Assembly: GCF_013149785.1 (NCBI RefSeq)
Contig: NZ_JABEZU010000002.1
Span: 1 to 64,000, forward strand
Length of the DNA stretch: 64,000 nucleotides
Reading direction: 5' to 3'
DNA from: Isoptericola halotolerans
Lineage (GTDB): Bacteria; Actinomycetota; Actinomycetes; Actinomycetales; Cellulomonadaceae
The notes under the pieces are model-generated. The model saw nothing but the letters and a program-made list of their open reading frames with translations. It was not told the DNA's origin and ran no database searches. The translations under genes were made by a program, and so were the position numbers. Below, piece by piece: positions 8,928-19,368 of this stretch (the first letter of the stretch is position 1; each line of letters opens with the position of its first letter).

Positions 8928-11483
8928 GTGCATCGGGGGCGGAGCGCGCAGGGGCAGACACGTGCGGGCGCACGGACAAGTCGTGCAGAGCGGGATCGTC
9001 CACCGCTGCGCCTCGTGCCGGACGACGACGATCGGCCACCGCGACCCCTGCCGTGGCACCTGCCACGGCCGGAGCTGGAGCGACGCCTGCTGGCGTCCGA
9101 CCCCCTCGTCGTGGTGCGTGCACCGGCCGGCACGGGCAAGTCTCTGCTGGCCGCGAACGCCCTGCGTGCGCATGCGGCGTCGGGCGGACGCGCCACCTGG
9201 GTCGGCGTGCGGCGCCACACGGGGCGCGACGAGATCGTGGGAACGGTGCACGACGCTGGGGCCGCGGGCCGCTCCCTCCTCGTCCTCGACTCCTACGACC
9301 TTCGTGAGGACCCCGGCACCGACGAGGACGTCCTGGACGTGCTCGAGCACGCGCCGGACCTGCAGGTCGTGGCGACGTGCCGCGCCGTGACCGCCCTCGA
9401 GTCGCCCACGGCGGAGGTCCGGCTCGGCGTGCAGGTGCTCGAGGGGGACGCGCTGGCGCTCGACGGGGAGGCGGTCCGCGCGATGGCAGCACTCGCCGGC
9501 GTCGCGCTCGACGACCGTGCGACCGCACGGGTGCTCCGTGTGACCGGCGGGACGGCGGCCACCGTCCGGGCGCTCCTGGTCGCCGAGACGCGCGGGATCG
9601 TCCGTCTGAACGCCGCGGTGGACCGGACGATGCTCGAGATCGCGGCCAGGGTGGCCTCCGACCTTGCCGATCCCGCCGCGCTGGCCGACGGTCCACAGGT
9701 CCTTCGTTCCTGGGAGGCGCTGGCCGTGCCCGACACGGTGCCACGCGAGCTCCTGCCACAGCTGGTCGGCGCCGACGCCCTGGCGGCGACGGACTCCGCG
9801 CAGCAGGTGGGTATCGGCACCTGGTCGGTGGCGCGTGACGTCTTCGTCCTGACTCCTGTCACACGGCACGTGCTGCGCGAGCGGTTGCACCGCGACGATC
9901 CACTCCGGGAGGCCGAGCTTCTCGAGAAGGTCGTCGACTGGGCACTGCAGCGGGGTGACTACTTCGAGGGGTTGCGGGCCGCGGTCCACCGCCGCGACTT
10001 CGATGCCGCGAGCCGGATCGTCCTCGTGCACTGGTCGCAGATGGCGCGGCTGGACCCGGAGCGGACCTTGCAGGCCCTCGCCGACGTGCCACGCGGTGAG
10101 CTCCTGCGTCATCCCTACCTCGCGCTGGCCGCCGCGATCTGCTCCAACGCGCTGCCGGGGCGGCGGGCACGCACCGCCGAGTACCTCGCCCTGCTGATCG
10201 CCTCGATCGCGAGGCGCCTGCCCAGGGCGGAGACCGGTGAACGTGCCGTGCTGCTGGCGATCGAGTCGGTCGGGCTACGGCTGCTCGGCCAGACCGGTCG
10301 GTCGGCGGCCGTCGCGCGTCGCGCGGTCACCGCTCTCGAGGCGGCCGAGCGCGGTGCGGAGCCGGACGTCGACCTCGTCCGGCCCGTCGTCTCGATCCAG
10401 CTCGCCTCGTCGTTGTTCGCGGACGGCGACGTGGTGGCAGCCCTGGACCTCGCCCGCGCGACCGACGTCGACGATCACGACCCCACCGACGTGTCGGCCC
10501 TGCGCAGGACCCGCGTGGCGCTTTTCGCGGCGGTCGCTGGTCGTGTCGCCGACGCGGCGGCCGAGCTGTCCGAGCTGCCGTCCGACGACGAAGTGGAGCA
10601 CTCCCTGGGGCCCTACCGTGCGTCGACGGCCCGGCTGGCCCGTGCCGTCGTCGCCCTGGAGGACCAGCAGCCCGACCACGCGGACGAGCTGCTGCGCAGC
10701 CTCGACACCGAGATGGAGACCAACGAGTTCTGGCCGGTGCACGTCCTCGTCGACGCGACGGTCGACCTCGTGCGCGGCAACGCCACCGGGGCCCTGGTGA
10801 CCCTGGCGCGCGCGCACGACCGCCGAGGGAAGGGACCGGCGTCGTACTGGCCGCAGACGCTCGGCGCGCTCGAGGCCACCGCCCTCCTCGCGACCGACCA
10901 GCCGGACGCAGCGATGCTGCGACTGAGACGGCTGGACGCGGACCACCCGGCGGTACGAGCCGCCACCGCCAGGGCGCGCCTCGCTGCGGGCGACGTCGCT
11001 ACGGCTCTGGAGAGGGCTGGTGTGCCGACGGCGATGCCAGCGGGGTGCTTCGTCGAGACGGACCTGCGGCTCGTGCTCGCGTCGGCGGCGGCACGACGGG
11101 GGCACGACGACGTCGCTCGGCGCGCGCTGGCGGGCGCGTTCCGGCCCGGGACGACGAGGCTGCCGTGGTTGTTCGTCCCCGCCGAGGATCGTGCGCGCCT
11201 CGTGTCCCTCGCCGCTCACGACCCAGACCTGAGCCAGGAGATCGCGGCCCTGCCCGACCTGCCTGCGATCGTGCCCGCGCGCACAGCCGTGGTTCAGCTC
11301 ACCGAGCGTGAGCAGGTCGTCCTGCAGGGGCTCGCGGAAGGACTCGGTGGCCCCCAGCTCGCGGCACGGCTGCACGTCACGTTGCACACGATCAAGTCGC
11401 AGACCCGCACCCTGTACCGCAAGCTCGGCGTCAGGTCGCGGGCGGACGCGCTCGTCGTCGCACGGCGCCGCGGACTGCTGTGA
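8928..11483 (+). CDS. MalT-like large LuxR-family regulator (start uncertain)
   Basis: P-loop APAGTGKS, Walker-B-like LLVLDS, C-terminal LTEREQVVL...HTIKSQTRTLYRKLG. Confidence 0.88.
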   Translation: MHRGRSAQGQTRAGARTSRAERDRPPLRLVPDDDDRPPRPLPWHLPRPELERRLLASDPLVVVRAPAGTGKSLLAANALRAHAASGGRATWVGVRRHTGRDEIVGTVHDAGAAGRSLLVLDSYDLREDPGTDEDVLDVLEHAPDLQVVATCRAVTALESPTAEVRLGVQVLEGDALALDGEAVRAMAALAGVALDDRATARVLRVTGGTAATVRALLVAETRGIVRLNAAVDRTMLEIAARVASDLADPAALADGPQVLRSWEALAVPDTVPRELLPQLVGADALAATDSAQQVGIGTWSVARDVFVLTPVTRHVLRERLHRDDPLREAELLEKVVDWALQRGDYFEGLRAAVHRRDFDAASRIVLVHWSQMARLDPERTLQALADVPRGELLRHPYLALAAAICSNALPGRRARTAEYLALLIASIARRLPRAETGERAVLLAIESVGLRLLGQTGRSAAVARRAVTALEAAERGAEPDVDLVRPVVSIQLASSLFADGDVVAALDLARATDVDDHDPTDVSALRRTRVALFAAVAGRVADAAAELSELPSDDEVEHSLGPYRASTARLARAVVALEDQQPDHADELLRSLDTEMETNEFWPVHVLVDATVDLVRGNATGALVTLARAHDRRGKGPASYWPQTLGALEATALLATDQPDAAMLRLRRLDADHPAVRAATARARLAAGDVATALERAGVPTAMPAGCFVETDLRLVLASAAARRGHDDVARRALAGAFRPGTTRLPWLFVPAEDRARLVSLAAHDPDLSQEIAALPDLPAIVPARTAVVQLTEREQVVLQGLAEGLGGPQLAARLHVTLHTIKSQTRTLYRKLGVRSRADALVVARRRGLL

Positions 11484-12733
11484 CCGCTCCGTCTGCCCCG
11501 GCATCGGTGCGCCGCACCCTCGGCTGGATCTTCGCCGGCCAGCTCTCGGTGTACGTGGCGCTCGCGGCGGTGGTCGCCGTGCTGCTGCCCCTCCAGCTCG
11601 CCGACCTCGCCCCCGACGGCAAGGAGCGGGCGCTCGCCGTGGTCTCCTTCGCCTCCTCGGCCCTGACGGCGCTCACCCTGCCGGTGGTCGGTGCGTTGTC
11701 CGACCGCACCCGCAGCCGCTGGGGCCGGCGCGCCCCCTGGGCCGCGGCGGGCGGCACTCTCGGGGGGATCGCGGTGGCGCTGATGCCGAGCGCGACGACG
11801 GTCCTCGCCCTCGGCCTCCTGTGGGTGGTCGGGCAGGTGACGCTCAACATGGTCGACGCCGCGATGGCCGCCGCGGTCGCCGACGACGTCCCGCGGCACC
11901 GTCGCGGCACCGGGTCCGCCGCGCTCGCTCTGGGGACCGGGCTGGGCAGCGCCGTCGGCGCGGTGCTCGCCGGGCGACTGGTCGGCGACCCCACGGCTGC
12001 GGCGGTGGTGGCCGGTGCTGTCGCCGCGGGCGGCGCCTGGGCCTTCCTCGCCGCGGCGCGGCGTGCGCGCCCGGCCACCTGGACCCAGCCGCCCGATCGG
12101 CTGCCGGACGCCCCCCGGTGGTCCGCGCTGCGCCGGGCACTCGCTCGGCCCACCCTCCGCAGCGCCCTGCTGTCGCGGTGCCTCCTGGTCGGCGGCACCC
12201 AGATGGTCGTCGCCTACCAGCTCTACGTGCTGGTCGACCGGACCGGTCTGACCATGCCGGAGGCGGCGAGGCTCTCCGGCCTCCTCGTGGTGATCCACCT
12301 CGTGGCCGCGACGACGGGTGCGGTGGTCGCGGGCCGGTGGTCCGACGCCGTCGGGTCACGCCGCCCCTTCCTCGTTGCCGGATGCCTGCTGCTGTGCGTC
12401 GCCGCCCTGCTCCCGGCGCTGTCGACCGATACGGGCGCCGTCGTCGCCTACGCGGCGCTCGCGGGGATCGCTACCGGGACCTTCTTCACCGTGCAGCTCG
12501 CGGACCTCGTCGACCGCATGCCGTCGCTGCGGGACGCCGGGCACGACCTGGGGCTCCTGGGCGCGGCCACGACGCTGCCGCAGGCGTTCGCACCGTTGCT
12601 CGGGTACGCCGTCTTCCGGCTCACCGGTGGCTACGGCGGGCTCTTCGCCACCGTCGCGGTCCTGGCGGCCGCGGCGGCGGTCGTGACGCTCCGTCCGCGG
12701 GCCGGGACGCGCGACGTCGTCGAGCGCCCATAG
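11480..12733 (+). CDS. MFS transporter
   Basis: Motif A GALSDRTRSRWGRR and GRWSDAVGSRR; about 12 TM helices; GTGA overlap with the regulator. Confidence 0.9.
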   Translation: MTAPSAPASVRRTLGWIFAGQLSVYVALAAVVAVLLPLQLADLAPDGKERALAVVSFASSALTALTLPVVGALSDRTRSRWGRRAPWAAAGGTLGGIAVALMPSATTVLALGLLWVVGQVTLNMVDAAMAAAVADDVPRHRRGTGSAALALGTGLGSAVGAVLAGRLVGDPTAAAVVAGAVAAGGAWAFLAAARRARPATWTQPPDRLPDAPRWSALRRALARPTLRSALLSRCLLVGGTQMVVAYQLYVLVDRTGLTMPEAARLSGLLVVIHLVAATTGAVVAGRWSDAVGSRRPFLVAGCLLLCVAALLPALSTDTGAVVAYAALAGIATGTFFTVQLADLVDRMPSLRDAGHDLGLLGAATTLPQAFAPLLGYAVFRLTGGYGGLFATVAVLAAAAAVVTLRPRAGTRDVVERP

Positions 12734-12876
12734 CAGAGCGAGCGGGTGAAAAGTCACTCGCAGTGCATGAAGTGGTGCACCAAATTCTCGGGTTCGCCGC
12801 GCACGGTCCGAGCCGCCCCGGTCTCATGACTGGTGATGCACGCGACGGGCGTGCGGCCGTAGCCAGAGGGGGAACC

Positions 12877-15800
12877 ATGAGGATGGACCGACCAGGTGGT
12901 GACAGCGCAGGACGTCACGAGGGCTCCGCGCCGCCGAGTGCTCGACACCGTCCGGCCCTGCGCCCCTCGGTCTGGCGCCGGGCCGCGGGCGCGGGAACGG
13001 CGCTCGTCATGGTTGGCGCTGGTCTCGTGGGCCTCGCGGCACCGGTCGCGGCAGATCCCGTGTACGAGATCACCGCACGCTGGGCCGACGACACGCCGGA
13101 CACCGTGGCTTCGGGCGACGTGGTCAACGCGGAGTGGCGGGTGAACGTCAACGACGACGCTCCTGCCCCGTCGAACGACCCGGTCGACGACGTGAACTTC
13201 ACGCTGACGCTCGACAACGGGTTCTTCAGCGAGCTGCCCGACGCCTGTCTCACGGAGGGGGTCGACCCGGTCTCGGAGATCTCCGAGGACGGGCGGACCC
13301 TGGTGTGCAACATCGGCACCCAGGACCAGGGCACGGCGTACGTGCTGCAGACCGCGATCGTCGCGGACGGCGAGACGGGCAGCCAGCTCGAGGCCTCGGG
13401 GGAGATCGACGGGCAGGCGGTGGAGCTTCCTCCGATCACGATCGAGAACCCGTTCCTGATGGACATCGCCTGGCAGTCCTCGGTCACCGGTGTGACCAGG
13501 GAAGCGTCGAGTGTCGACGTCGCCTTCCAGTGGACGCTCTTCCTCGGTGCGGGCAGCGACCCCGGCCCGGACACGGTGTCGTACACGCTCGACGTGGCTG
13601 CGGGCTCGGGCGCCGCGGTGGCGGTCGCGCCGGACGCCTGCTCGGCGTTCACGGAGGGTCGCGCGTCCGGGCACCCGTGGTCCGGTGGGGACCACCCCGA
13701 CGAGCAGCTGACCTCCTTCGTCGACTCGTGCACCCTCACTGAGACAGGAACGCCGGGCAGCTTCCTGCTGACACTCTCCGGGATCGACTACTCGCGCCTG
13801 CAGGTCCCGTCGCTCGACTCGGTCGGGCTGGCGCTGCCCACGGATCGGGACGCGATCGCCAGCGGCAGCGTGACCTTCCGTGTCGACGGCACGCAGAACG
13901 ACACGTTGGCACTGTCGTCGACTGCGCCGACGTACACGTCGCCGGGCGGAGCGGAGAGCACGGACGACCCGGCCAACAACACGTCGTCGAAGACATGGAC
14001 GACCGGCGCCTGGAGCAGCGCCTGGCAGCCCGAATCGACCGGATACCCGGTACCCAGCTGGTGGAGCGACCAGTTCCGCGTCGCTCCGGGGGCAGAGGTC
14101 CAGTCCGTGACGAACGTCTCCTATGGGCAAGGTTCCTACCCCGCGACGGACACGTTCTCCCAGTGCGCAGTGCTCGACACCCGCTACGTGAGCTACGAGT
14201 TCGCCGAGCACCGGTACGGGTGGGCCGGTGATCCGGTCGACTCGACCATGGAGTGGTACGTCGGCGGAGCAGCCACGCTTGATCCGGACAGCGCGTCGTA
14301 CGACCCGAACGCCTTCCGGTGCGCGAACGATCCCGGTGGCTGGACCACTGTCGAGCCGGCCGACCCGTCCGCGGTCAAGGCGGTGCGCGTGACCTACCCG
14401 TTCTCCGCGATCCAGGGGGCACAGAACGCCCCCCTGACCGTCCGCCAGACGGTCAACGACGACGTCGCCGTCGGCCAGGACATCTGGATGTTCGGCGAGG
14501 TCGCCCGCAACGGGACGTGGGTGAACGTGAACCGGGGCACGACCCCGGACGATGCCGGCGGCTCGCTCCTCACCCCGGACGCCCGCTACCCCTTCACGGC
14601 CAACGGCCGCGACATCGTACGCATCGTCGGGATCACCCCGGCGGTGAGCAAGACCGTCGACCGGGCTGTCGTCCAGCCGGGCGAGCCCGCGAGCTTCACC
14701 CTGACCTACTCGGCGAACGGTACCGGGCCGGTGGAGGAGACCGTCGACGGCTTCGAGCTCGTCGACACCTTGCCGGCGGGGATGACCTACGTTCCCGGGT
14801 CGGCATCGCCGGCGCCGGTGGTGTCCACCGACGACGAAGGGCATGAGGTCCTGACGTGGGTCCTCGACGGAGTACTCACGAACACCCAGGTCCCGCTCAC
14901 CTACCAGGCCGTCGCCGACTCCTCGGTCGACCCCGGGCAGACGCTGACGAACAGTGTCACGGCTTCCGCCGAAGGAGCCACGTCGCTGGCTGCCACGGCA
15001 CAGGTGACGGTGTCGACCGCCGGGTACACGACGATCGGGAAGTCGGCGGACACGCCGTTCATCCCGAACCCCGACGGCGACGGTGTGGGTGAGGGCTCGT
15101 GGACGGTGACGCTGCGGTCCTTCGACCCGCTGGCGCAGGACTACACCGACACGATCGACATCCTGCCGTTCAACGGTGACGAGCGCGGCACCGACTTCGC
15201 GGGCTCCTACGCGCTGACGGGAGTGGACGCCGTGGGCGGCGCCACCGTCTACTACACGACGGCCGACCCGGCGACGCTCAGCGACGACCCGGCGGACGCC
15301 TCCAACGGTGCCGCGGGCGACGTGGCGGGCAACACGGTCGGGTGGTCGACGACGTTCACCACCGACGCGACCGCGGTGCGCGTCATCGGGCCGGAGCTCG
15401 CTCCGGGCGCGACGCAGCAGTTCACGCTGAACGTGGCCACGGACGGTGTGGAGGGCGGGGACGTGCTGGTCAACCGCGCTCAGGCGCGGGACGGCCACAC
15501 CGAGCTGGTGATGCGCACGTCCGCGCCGATCACGGTGGCGAACTACTACTCGGCGTCGCTGAAGAAGTACGTGCAGGACCTCGACGGGGAGTGGCGTGAC
15601 GCGAACACCGTCGAGGACTACCCGTCGTTCAAGGTCGGCGACACGATCCGGTACCGGATCGTGGTGGAGAACACCGGTCAGGGGACGCTGACGGGTATCG
15701 AGGTCTCGGACGACCTGCAGCCCGAGCTGGGGTCGTTCACGATCGACGAGCTGGCCCCGGGCGAGGAGGAGGTCCACGAGTTCGAGATCGTGGCGGACGA

Positions 15801-18800
15801 GTCCGTGGGCGACGGCGTGGTGAACACGGCGTGCGCGGCGGCGGACGTCCCCGAGGACTCGCAGGTCCCGCCGTCGATCAACTGCGACCCGGCCGGGTTC
15901 GAGGTGGACGGCGACCCGACCCACGCCAAGGAGCTGGTCTCGGCCACGCCGATCGGTGACGGGCAGTGGGAGGTCGTCTACGGCATCGAGGTGTCCAACA
16001 CCTCGACGGCGTCGACGTCGTACTCGCTGGACGACACGCTGCGGTTCACCGACCAGGCCACGATCGTCTCGGCCGAGGTGACCGGTTCTCCGGACGGCGT
16101 GACGTTGGCCGACCCGGCCTGGGACGGTCAGGACGACGTGCTGATCGCGTCGGACGTGCCGCTGGCCGGCAACGACGACGACGGGTACGCCCCGCACGAG
16201 TACGTGCTGACCGTGATCGCGGACGTGCCGCTGCAGCTCGAGGGCGCGGGTGCGGACCCGGACTCGACGGACTGCCCGGCCGAGGGCGACGCCGAGCAGG
16301 GGTTCAACAACACCTCGGAGCTGACCAAGAGCAACGGCGAGGTGGAACCCGACCAGGCGTGCGCACGGGTCCCGTCGATCGACGTCGACAAGACCGTGTC
16401 CGCGGGCCCGACCCCGAACGGTGACGCGACCTGGACGGTGACCTACGACGTCGTCGCCACCAACGGGGGCGCCGTCGACGGCACCTACGAGGTGACGGAC
16501 CGCATGACCGCCGACGGTGACCTCGAGGTCGTCTCGGGCGCGGTGGTCTCGGCGCCGGACGGTGTGACGCCGAACGCATCGTGGACGGGTCTGGGTGCCG
16601 AGGGTGACGCGCAGAACGTCATCGCCTCGGACGTCAGCCTGCCTGCGGGCGAGAGCCACACGTACCAGGTGGAGGTCGTGGTCGGTCTGGTCGAGGGTAC
16701 CGAGGGGCAACCGGTGATCACGCCGTGCTCCGCTCTCGGCGAGGGCGGTCCGGGTGGCCTGTCGAACACCGCGGAGATCGAGCACAACGACCTGACCGAC
16801 GACGCTAGCGCCTGCGTCGGCGTGGGCGTGGTGCTCGTGGACAAGACGGTCGGTGCCGGCCCGACGCCGAACGGCGACGGGACCTGGACGGTGGTCTACG
16901 ACATCGTCGCCGAGCACGTGGGTGGCGACCCGGCGGACTACGACGTGACCGACCGGCTGCACTTCGGTGAGGGCATCGAGATCGTCGAGGCCGGGGTGAT
17001 CACGGCGCCGGACGGGGTCGAGACCAACCCGGGGTGGACGGGTCTGGGGGCCGAGGAATCCGACCCGGAGAACCTGGTCGCCGCCGAGGTGACCATGCCG
17101 GTGGGTGGGACCCACACCTACCAGGTCGAGGTCACTGTCCAGATGGACGAGGCCACGATCGACCCGTCCGTGCTGGAGTGCCCGCCGCCGGGCAGTGGTG
17201 AGGCCGGTGGTCTGGCGAACTCGACCAGCCTGACCAGCAACGGCATCGTCGCGCTCGACGACGTGTGCCCGAGCGTGCCGCTGATCATCATGGACAAGGA
17301 GCTGTCCGAGGACAGCCCGGTGGCCAACGGCGACGGTACCTGGACGATCACGTACGACGTGACCGCGTCGAACGTGGGTCAGGCTGCGGGTGACTACGAC
17401 CTGTCCGACGAGCTGCGGTACGGCGAGGGCATCGACGTGGTCGAGTCCGCTATCGTCTCGGCACCCGCAGGGGTGACGCCGAACACCGGATGGACCGGGC
17501 AGGGCACCACCGGCTCGGCGGAGAACGTGATCGTCACTGGTCAGATGCTCGATGCTGGTGCGTCGCACACGTTCCAGGTCGAGGTCGTGGCCTCGTTGGA
17601 CCTCGAGGTGGTCACACCGGAGACGCTGGAGTGCCCTGAGCCGGGGTCGGGGGAGCCGGGTGGCTTCGCCAACACTGCGGCGCTGGTCCACAACGGCGAG
17701 CCGCAGACTGACGACGCGTGCACCGAACCGCCGCTTGTCGACGTCACCAAGTCGATCTCGGGTGCGGTGAGCCCGGTCGACGGCGTCGACGGTCAGTACG
17801 ACGTGACGTACGAGCTCGTCGTGACCAACCGTGGTCCGGGTGCCGGTGACTACGACCTGACCGACAGCCTCGCGTGGGGCACGGGCATCTCCGTCGTCGG
17901 CATCCAGGACGTGACCACCGACGTCGAGGACTCGGTCGGGATCAACGGCGGGTTCGACGGGATCGAGGACACGCTGATCGTGACCGATCAGCCGATCGCG
18001 GGCGCGACCGGTGCGTCGGTGGTGCACACCTACACGGTGACGGTGCGGTATGCGGCGGACCTGTCCGACGTCGTCCTGCCGGACACCGACGAGTGCACCA
18101 GTGGCGGCGACGCCGTCGACGGGGCGCTGGTCAACGTCGCGGACGTCACCTGGAACGGCATCGAAGGCTCCGACGCCGAGTGCGTGCGTTCGGGCAAGCC
18201 GACGCTGGACAAGGCGTTGGTCTCTGCGGAGCCTGTGGGTGACGGGCAGTGGGAGGTCGTCTACGACCTGACGGTGGGCAACGTCGGTCGTGAGGCCACG
18301 ACGTACGACCTGGACGACGAGCTCCTCTTCGCTCCGGTGATCACGGTGGACTCCGTCTCGGTGACCGGCCCCGAGGGTGTGACCCTCGACGGCGGGTTCG
18401 ACGGCGCCGGCCAGCAGCGCATCGCCACGGACGTGTCGATCGCCGGGCTGGACGACGACGGGTACGCCCCGCACGTCTACACGGTCACGGTGGTCGCGGA
18501 CGTGCCGCTGACGTTCGACAGCTCGGACGTGGGTGCGGACGGGACCGGTTCGCCGGCCTGCACCGAACCCACCGGGTCGAACCTGGTCTCCCAGGGGCTC
18601 AACAACGCGGCGACCCTGACCGACGAGAACGGCAACCAGGTCACTGACACCGACTGCGCGGAGCTGCCCTCGATCGACATCACCAAGTCGGTCGTCGGTG
18701 AGCCGGGCGTGGACGACGGGGTGTGGACCATCACCTACGACATCGTCGCGATCAACGACGGTGCCGCCCGGGGGGTCTACACCTTGACCGACCGGCTGCG

Positions 18801-19305
18801 GTTCGGTGCCGGGATCGAGGTGACCTCGGCGACGGTGACGGACGCTCCGGACGCTGCTGAGGTCTCACCGTCGTGGACGGGTCTGGGGGCCGAGGGTTCC
18901 GAGTCGACCGTGATCTCCACCGACGTGCCCCTGCGGGCCGGTGGTGGTCACACCTACCGGGTGCAGGTCACCGCGACGCTGGACGAGTCCGCGGCGGACG
19001 CCTCGACCTTCACCTGCCCCGAGCCGGGGTCCGGTGAGCCGGGCGGCTTCGTCAACGTCGCGGGGATCGGTCACAACGACCTGACCGGCACCGCCGAGGC
19101 ATGCGCCACCCCGCCCGGGGACAACCCACCGGGGTCGACCCCGCCGGGTGAGACGGGCAAGGAGGGACCGGACACGATCAACACCCCGATCGGGTCGCTG
19201 CCCCGCACCGGCGCCACGATCGCCGGCATCCTCGCCCTGGCCGTGCTCCTGACCCTCGCAGGGGCCTACGGGGTGCGCGCGGCCCGCCGGAACGCGGCGG
19301 GCTGA
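12877..19305 (+). CDS. Large sortase-anchored surface protein (2142 aa) with repeated Ig-like/DUF11-type domains
   Basis: ATG with GAGGGGG RBS; signal peptide ending APVAA-DP; repeated K..W.V.Y...N modules; C-terminal LPRTG + TM + RRNAAG. Confidence 0.9.
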   Translation: MRMDRPGGDSAGRHEGSAPPSARHRPALRPSVWRRAAGAGTALVMVGAGLVGLAAPVAADPVYEITARWADDTPDTVASGDVVNAEWRVNVNDDAPAPSNDPVDDVNFTLTLDNGFFSELPDACLTEGVDPVSEISEDGRTLVCNIGTQDQGTAYVLQTAIVADGETGSQLEASGEIDGQAVELPPITIENPFLMDIAWQSSVTGVTREASSVDVAFQWTLFLGAGSDPGPDTVSYTLDVAAGSGAAVAVAPDACSAFTEGRASGHPWSGGDHPDEQLTSFVDSCTLTETGTPGSFLLTLSGIDYSRLQVPSLDSVGLALPTDRDAIASGSVTFRVDGTQNDTLALSSTAPTYTSPGGAESTDDPANNTSSKTWTTGAWSSAWQPESTGYPVPSWWSDQFRVAPGAEVQSVTNVSYGQGSYPATDTFSQCAVLDTRYVSYEFAEHRYGWAGDPVDSTMEWYVGGAATLDPDSASYDPNAFRCANDPGGWTTVEPADPSAVKAVRVTYPFSAIQGAQNAPLTVRQTVNDDVAVGQDIWMFGEVARNGTWVNVNRGTTPDDAGGSLLTPDARYPFTANGRDIVRIVGITPAVSKTVDRAVVQPGEPASFTLTYSANGTGPVEETVDGFELVDTLPAGMTYVPGSASPAPVVSTDDEGHEVLTWVLDGVLTNTQVPLTYQAVADSSVDPGQTLTNSVTASAEGATSLAATAQVTVSTAGYTTIGKSADTPFIPNPDGDGVGEGSWTVTLRSFDPLAQDYTDTIDILPFNGDERGTDFAGSYALTGVDAVGGATVYYTTADPATLSDDPADASNGAAGDVAGNTVGWSTTFTTDATAVRVIGPELAPGATQQFTLNVATDGVEGGDVLVNRAQARDGHTELVMRTSAPITVANYYSASLKKYVQDLDGEWRDANTVEDYPSFKVGDTIRYRIVVENTGQGTLTGIEVSDDLQPELGSFTIDELAPGEEEVHEFEIVADESVGDGVVNTACAAADVPEDSQVPPSINCDPAGFEVDGDPTHAKELVSATPIGDGQWEVVYGIEVSNTSTASTSYSLDDTLRFTDQATIVSAEVTGSPDGVTLADPAWDGQDDVLIASDVPLAGNDDDGYAPHEYVLTVIADVPLQLEGAGADPDSTDCPAEGDAEQGFNNTSELTKSNGEVEPDQACARVPSIDVDKTVSAGPTPNGDATWTVTYDVVATNGGAVDGTYEVTDRMTADGDLEVVSGAVVSAPDGVTPNASWTGLGAEGDAQNVIASDVSLPAGESHTYQVEVVVGLVEGTEGQPVITPCSALGEGGPGGLSNTAEIEHNDLTDDASACVGVGVVLVDKTVGAGPTPNGDGTWTVVYDIVAEHVGGDPADYDVTDRLHFGEGIEIVEAGVITAPDGVETNPGWTGLGAEESDPENLVAAEVTMPVGGTHTYQVEVTVQMDEATIDPSVLECPPPGSGEAGGLANSTSLTSNGIVALDDVCPSVPLIIMDKELSEDSPVANGDGTWTITYDVTASNVGQAAGDYDLSDELRYGEGIDVVESAIVSAPAGVTPNTGWTGQGTTGSAENVIVTGQMLDAGASHTFQVEVVASLDLEVVTPETLECPEPGSGEPGGFANTAALVHNGEPQTDDACTEPPLVDVTKSISGAVSPVDGVDGQYDVTYELVVTNRGPGAGDYDLTDSLAWGTGISVVGIQDVTTDVEDSVGINGGFDGIEDTLIVTDQPIAGATGASVVHTYTVTVRYAADLSDVVLPDTDECTSGGDAVDGALVNVADVTWNGIEGSDAECVRSGKPTLDKALVSAEPVGDGQWEVVYDLTVGNVGREATTYDLDDELLFAPVITVDSVSVTGPEGVTLDGGFDGAGQQRIATDVSIAGLDDDGYAPHVYTVTVVADVPLTFDSSDVGADGTGSPACTEPTGSNLVSQGLNNAATLTDENGNQVTDTDCAELPSIDITKSVVGEPGVDDGVWTITYDIVAINDGAARGVYTLTDRLRFGAGIEVTSATVTDAPDAAEVSPSWTGLGAEGSESTVISTDVPLRAGGGHTYRVQVTATLDESAADASTFTCPEPGSGEPGGFVNVAGIGHNDLTGTAEACATPPGDNPPGSTPPGETGKEGPDTINTPIGSLPRTGATIAGILALAVLLTLAGAYGVRAARRNAAG

Positions 19306-19312
19306 TCGGCCG

Positions 19313-19351
19313 GTACTGCCCTCCCACCGGCGCGCGGTGGGAGGGCAGCAC
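19313..19351. terminator. Hairpin between convergent genes (probable bidirectional terminator)
   Basis: 14-bp perfect stem CTGCCCTCCCACCG / CGGTGGGAGGGCAG. Confidence 0.75.
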
Positions 19352-19368
19352 TGCGTCCGGGGCCGGCC

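Noticed and set aside
11308..12876. N-terminal 523-aa extension of the 2665-aa ORF
   Set aside because: Arg/Pro/Gly-rich off-frame read-through of the LuxR and MFS genes; RBS and signal peptide point to 12877.
12754..18474. 1906-aa antisense ORF
   Set aside because: Shadow of the LPXTG gene; stop-free antisense frames are expected with high-GC codon bias; no motifs.
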